This document shows, piece by piece, positions 62,613-64,000 of a stretch of 64,000 bases of DNA. The stretch comes from Nitrosopumilus sp. (lineage in GTDB: Archaea > Thermoproteota > Nitrososphaeria > Nitrososphaerales > Nitrosopumilaceae), in assembly GCA_965203315.1 (NCBI GenBank), contig OZ241857.1, positions 832,001-896,000 on the forward strand. The letters are read 5' to 3'. Under the pieces are notes generated by a model, which was given only the letters and a program-made list of their open reading frames with translations, did not search any database and was not told where the DNA came from. How positions within the stretch are numbered: position 1 is the first letter of the stretch; every line of letters begins with the position of its first letter. Made by a program: the position numbers and the translations under genes.

Positions 62613-62789
62613 GGTTCTGTTCAATTGACGTGGGTTGAGATCGTTATGACGTTATCTCAAAGAACGCAATAATATTTGACTCAAAACAGCAACAATTTAC
62701 GATAGTCGATATGAGGCCGTTTCCATGTTTTGTAAAATTTTTCGAGAATTTTGTGCAGAAAACACTAGCCCCATCAAATGAACAGAACC
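62613..62789. mobile_element. MITE family B copy
   Basis: GGTTCTGTTCAATTGA ... TCAAATGAACAGAACC; 177 bp; interior homologous to 32640-32817. Confidence 0.85.
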
Positions 62790-62924
62790 GATATTTGTGA
62801 CAAGTGTATCAATTCCATCATATGACTAGTGTTTATCATTATGAATATAGCAACAGTTCAATATCATGGATACATATCTGTAGAATCAGAGTATCTTTTA
62901 ACTATAAAGATACAATATATGAAC

Positions 62925-63071
62925 ATGGGAAAACTCGCTAGAAACCTAAGAATCTGTGGAGACTGTGGAGTTGCGTACACATCGGTAAGTTTGACTAGAT
63001 ATATTGACCAATGCCCAGTATGCAAATCATGTAGATTTGAAAGTATTCCGATAAAGTCTAGTGATGACTAG
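62925..63071 (+). CDS. Small zinc-ribbon protein (48 aa)
   Basis: CGDCG...CPVCKS; TTTAACTA box 20 nt upstream. Confidence 0.65.
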   Translation: MGKLARNLRICGDCGVAYTSVSLTRYIDQCPVCKSCRFESIPIKSSDD

Positions 63072-63101
63072 ATTTTTTAAGAGACTTCAATCATGTAACA
63101 T

Positions 63102-63494
63102 ATGACTGATGATCCAGAGATCGAGCAGATAAAACAGAGAAAGTTAGCAGAGATGTTGAGACAGAGTCAGATCGACCCAGGCATAATAGATCTGAACGAC
63201 GCAAACTTTTTACAAATTATATCATCAGAGACACCAACGTTAGTAGACTTTTGGGCTGATTGGTGTGGACCCTGCAAGATGATGCATCCCATATTTGAGA
63301 GTCTAGACAAGAAATATCCCAAAATAAAATTTGCCAGAGTAAATGTAGATCAGAATCAAGGAATCGCCATGAAATACAACGTACAGTCTATTCCCACATT
63401 TATAATGTTCAGGTCAGGTCTAGCAGTAGATAAGATGATGGGTGCAGTAGGCGCTCCAGGCATCCACATGATATGTAAAAAATATTCAGAATGA
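63102..63494 (+). CDS. trxA: Thioredoxin
   Basis: DFWADWCGPCK and SIPT motifs. Confidence 0.96.
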   Translation: MTDDPEIEQIKQRKLAEMLRQSQIDPGIIDLNDANFLQIISSETPTLVDFWADWCGPCKMMHPIFESLDKKYPKIKFARVNVDQNQGIAMKYNVQSIPTFIMFRSGLAVDKMMGAVGAPGIHMICKKYSE

Positions 63495-63633
63495 TATCAT
63501 CGTGGTATTTCTAGATATACAGCCTGAATTTGATTTTCTCGTTAGTTATAGATTTCCAAGACATGTCTTATTGACTTGCCATTGATATCTTTGATCAAAT
63601 TGGACTGTATGGTGTCTGATCATATACGACACA

Positions 63634-64000
63634 TCAGTATCCGTACGCAGCATCACGTTCTCGCTGTATCGCTACAATCTCATTAAATACAATCTGTTGA
63701 TCTGAATCAAGTTTATGTAAGAATCGATTCAAGATCATCTTTGCGTCACGCGATGGTGGAAATGTGTAATAGGCCTCATCTTCAAACAGGTGCCGTCCTA
63801 TGACCGCATCGTTTACTGAACATGCAACCTCGTCACCTGCTTGGGCCGATGCAACGGTCTTTTTGTCTAGTTGTATCTGATGTATGATACCAATACGTCT
63901 ACCCTTTGCATTCATGAACGGAATCTTTTGTTTGATGGTACCCACATCTACATGTACGCCAAACACAGCAGGATTGTTGTTATGAAATATCATACCTTTC
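63634..64000 (-). CDS. infB: Translation initiation factor aIF5B (IF-2), C-terminal part; runs off window
   Basis: FHNNNPAVFGV, AQAGDEVACSV and IGRH domain IV motifs. Confidence 0.88.
   Translation of the reverse strand, partial: KGMIFHNNNPAVFGVHVDVGTIKQKIPFMNAKGRRIGIIHQIQLDKKTVASAQAGDEVACSVNDAVIGRHLFEDEAYYTFPPSRDAKMILNRFLHKLDSDQQIVFNEIVAIQRERDAAYGY

Overview
Chromosomal segment of an ammonia-oxidising archaeon (Nitrososphaerota, Nitrosopumilaceae-like). The core backbone includes acetyl/propionyl-CoA carboxylase (3HP/4HB cycle), RFC L and S, sdhACDB, argH, S-layer slaA, Alba, ilvE, GINS-MCM-Hel308, aIF6, HisRS, archease, thioredoxin, the aIF5B 3' end and four tRNAs (Asp-GTC, Lys-TTT, Ala-GGC, Ser-TGA). 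Intergenic space is dense with mobile DNA: an intact IS66 (8-bp TSD) that splits a PIN toxin gene, a frameshifted ISH3-type IS (5-bp TSD), IS481/IS110/HTH remnants and at least three MITE families (14 copies seen). Together with NHL/FN3/TPR repeat proteins, this suggests a host-associated lineage such as a sponge symbiont (inference). Main leads: (1) two paralogous modular secreted proteins share a promoter cassette with a variable poly-G tract (G7 vs G13) between the TATA box and a leaderless TTG start, a candidate phase-variation switch; (2) an unannotated 29-aa Cys-containing micro-ORF with its own TATA-like element and terminator; (3) a Panacea-like/UPF0175 fused antitoxin paired with the IS-disrupted PIN toxin; (4) a divergent prenyltransferase-fold protein and a HemA paralog lacking the catalytic Cys. 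All homology calls were made by eye from motifs; no searches were run.
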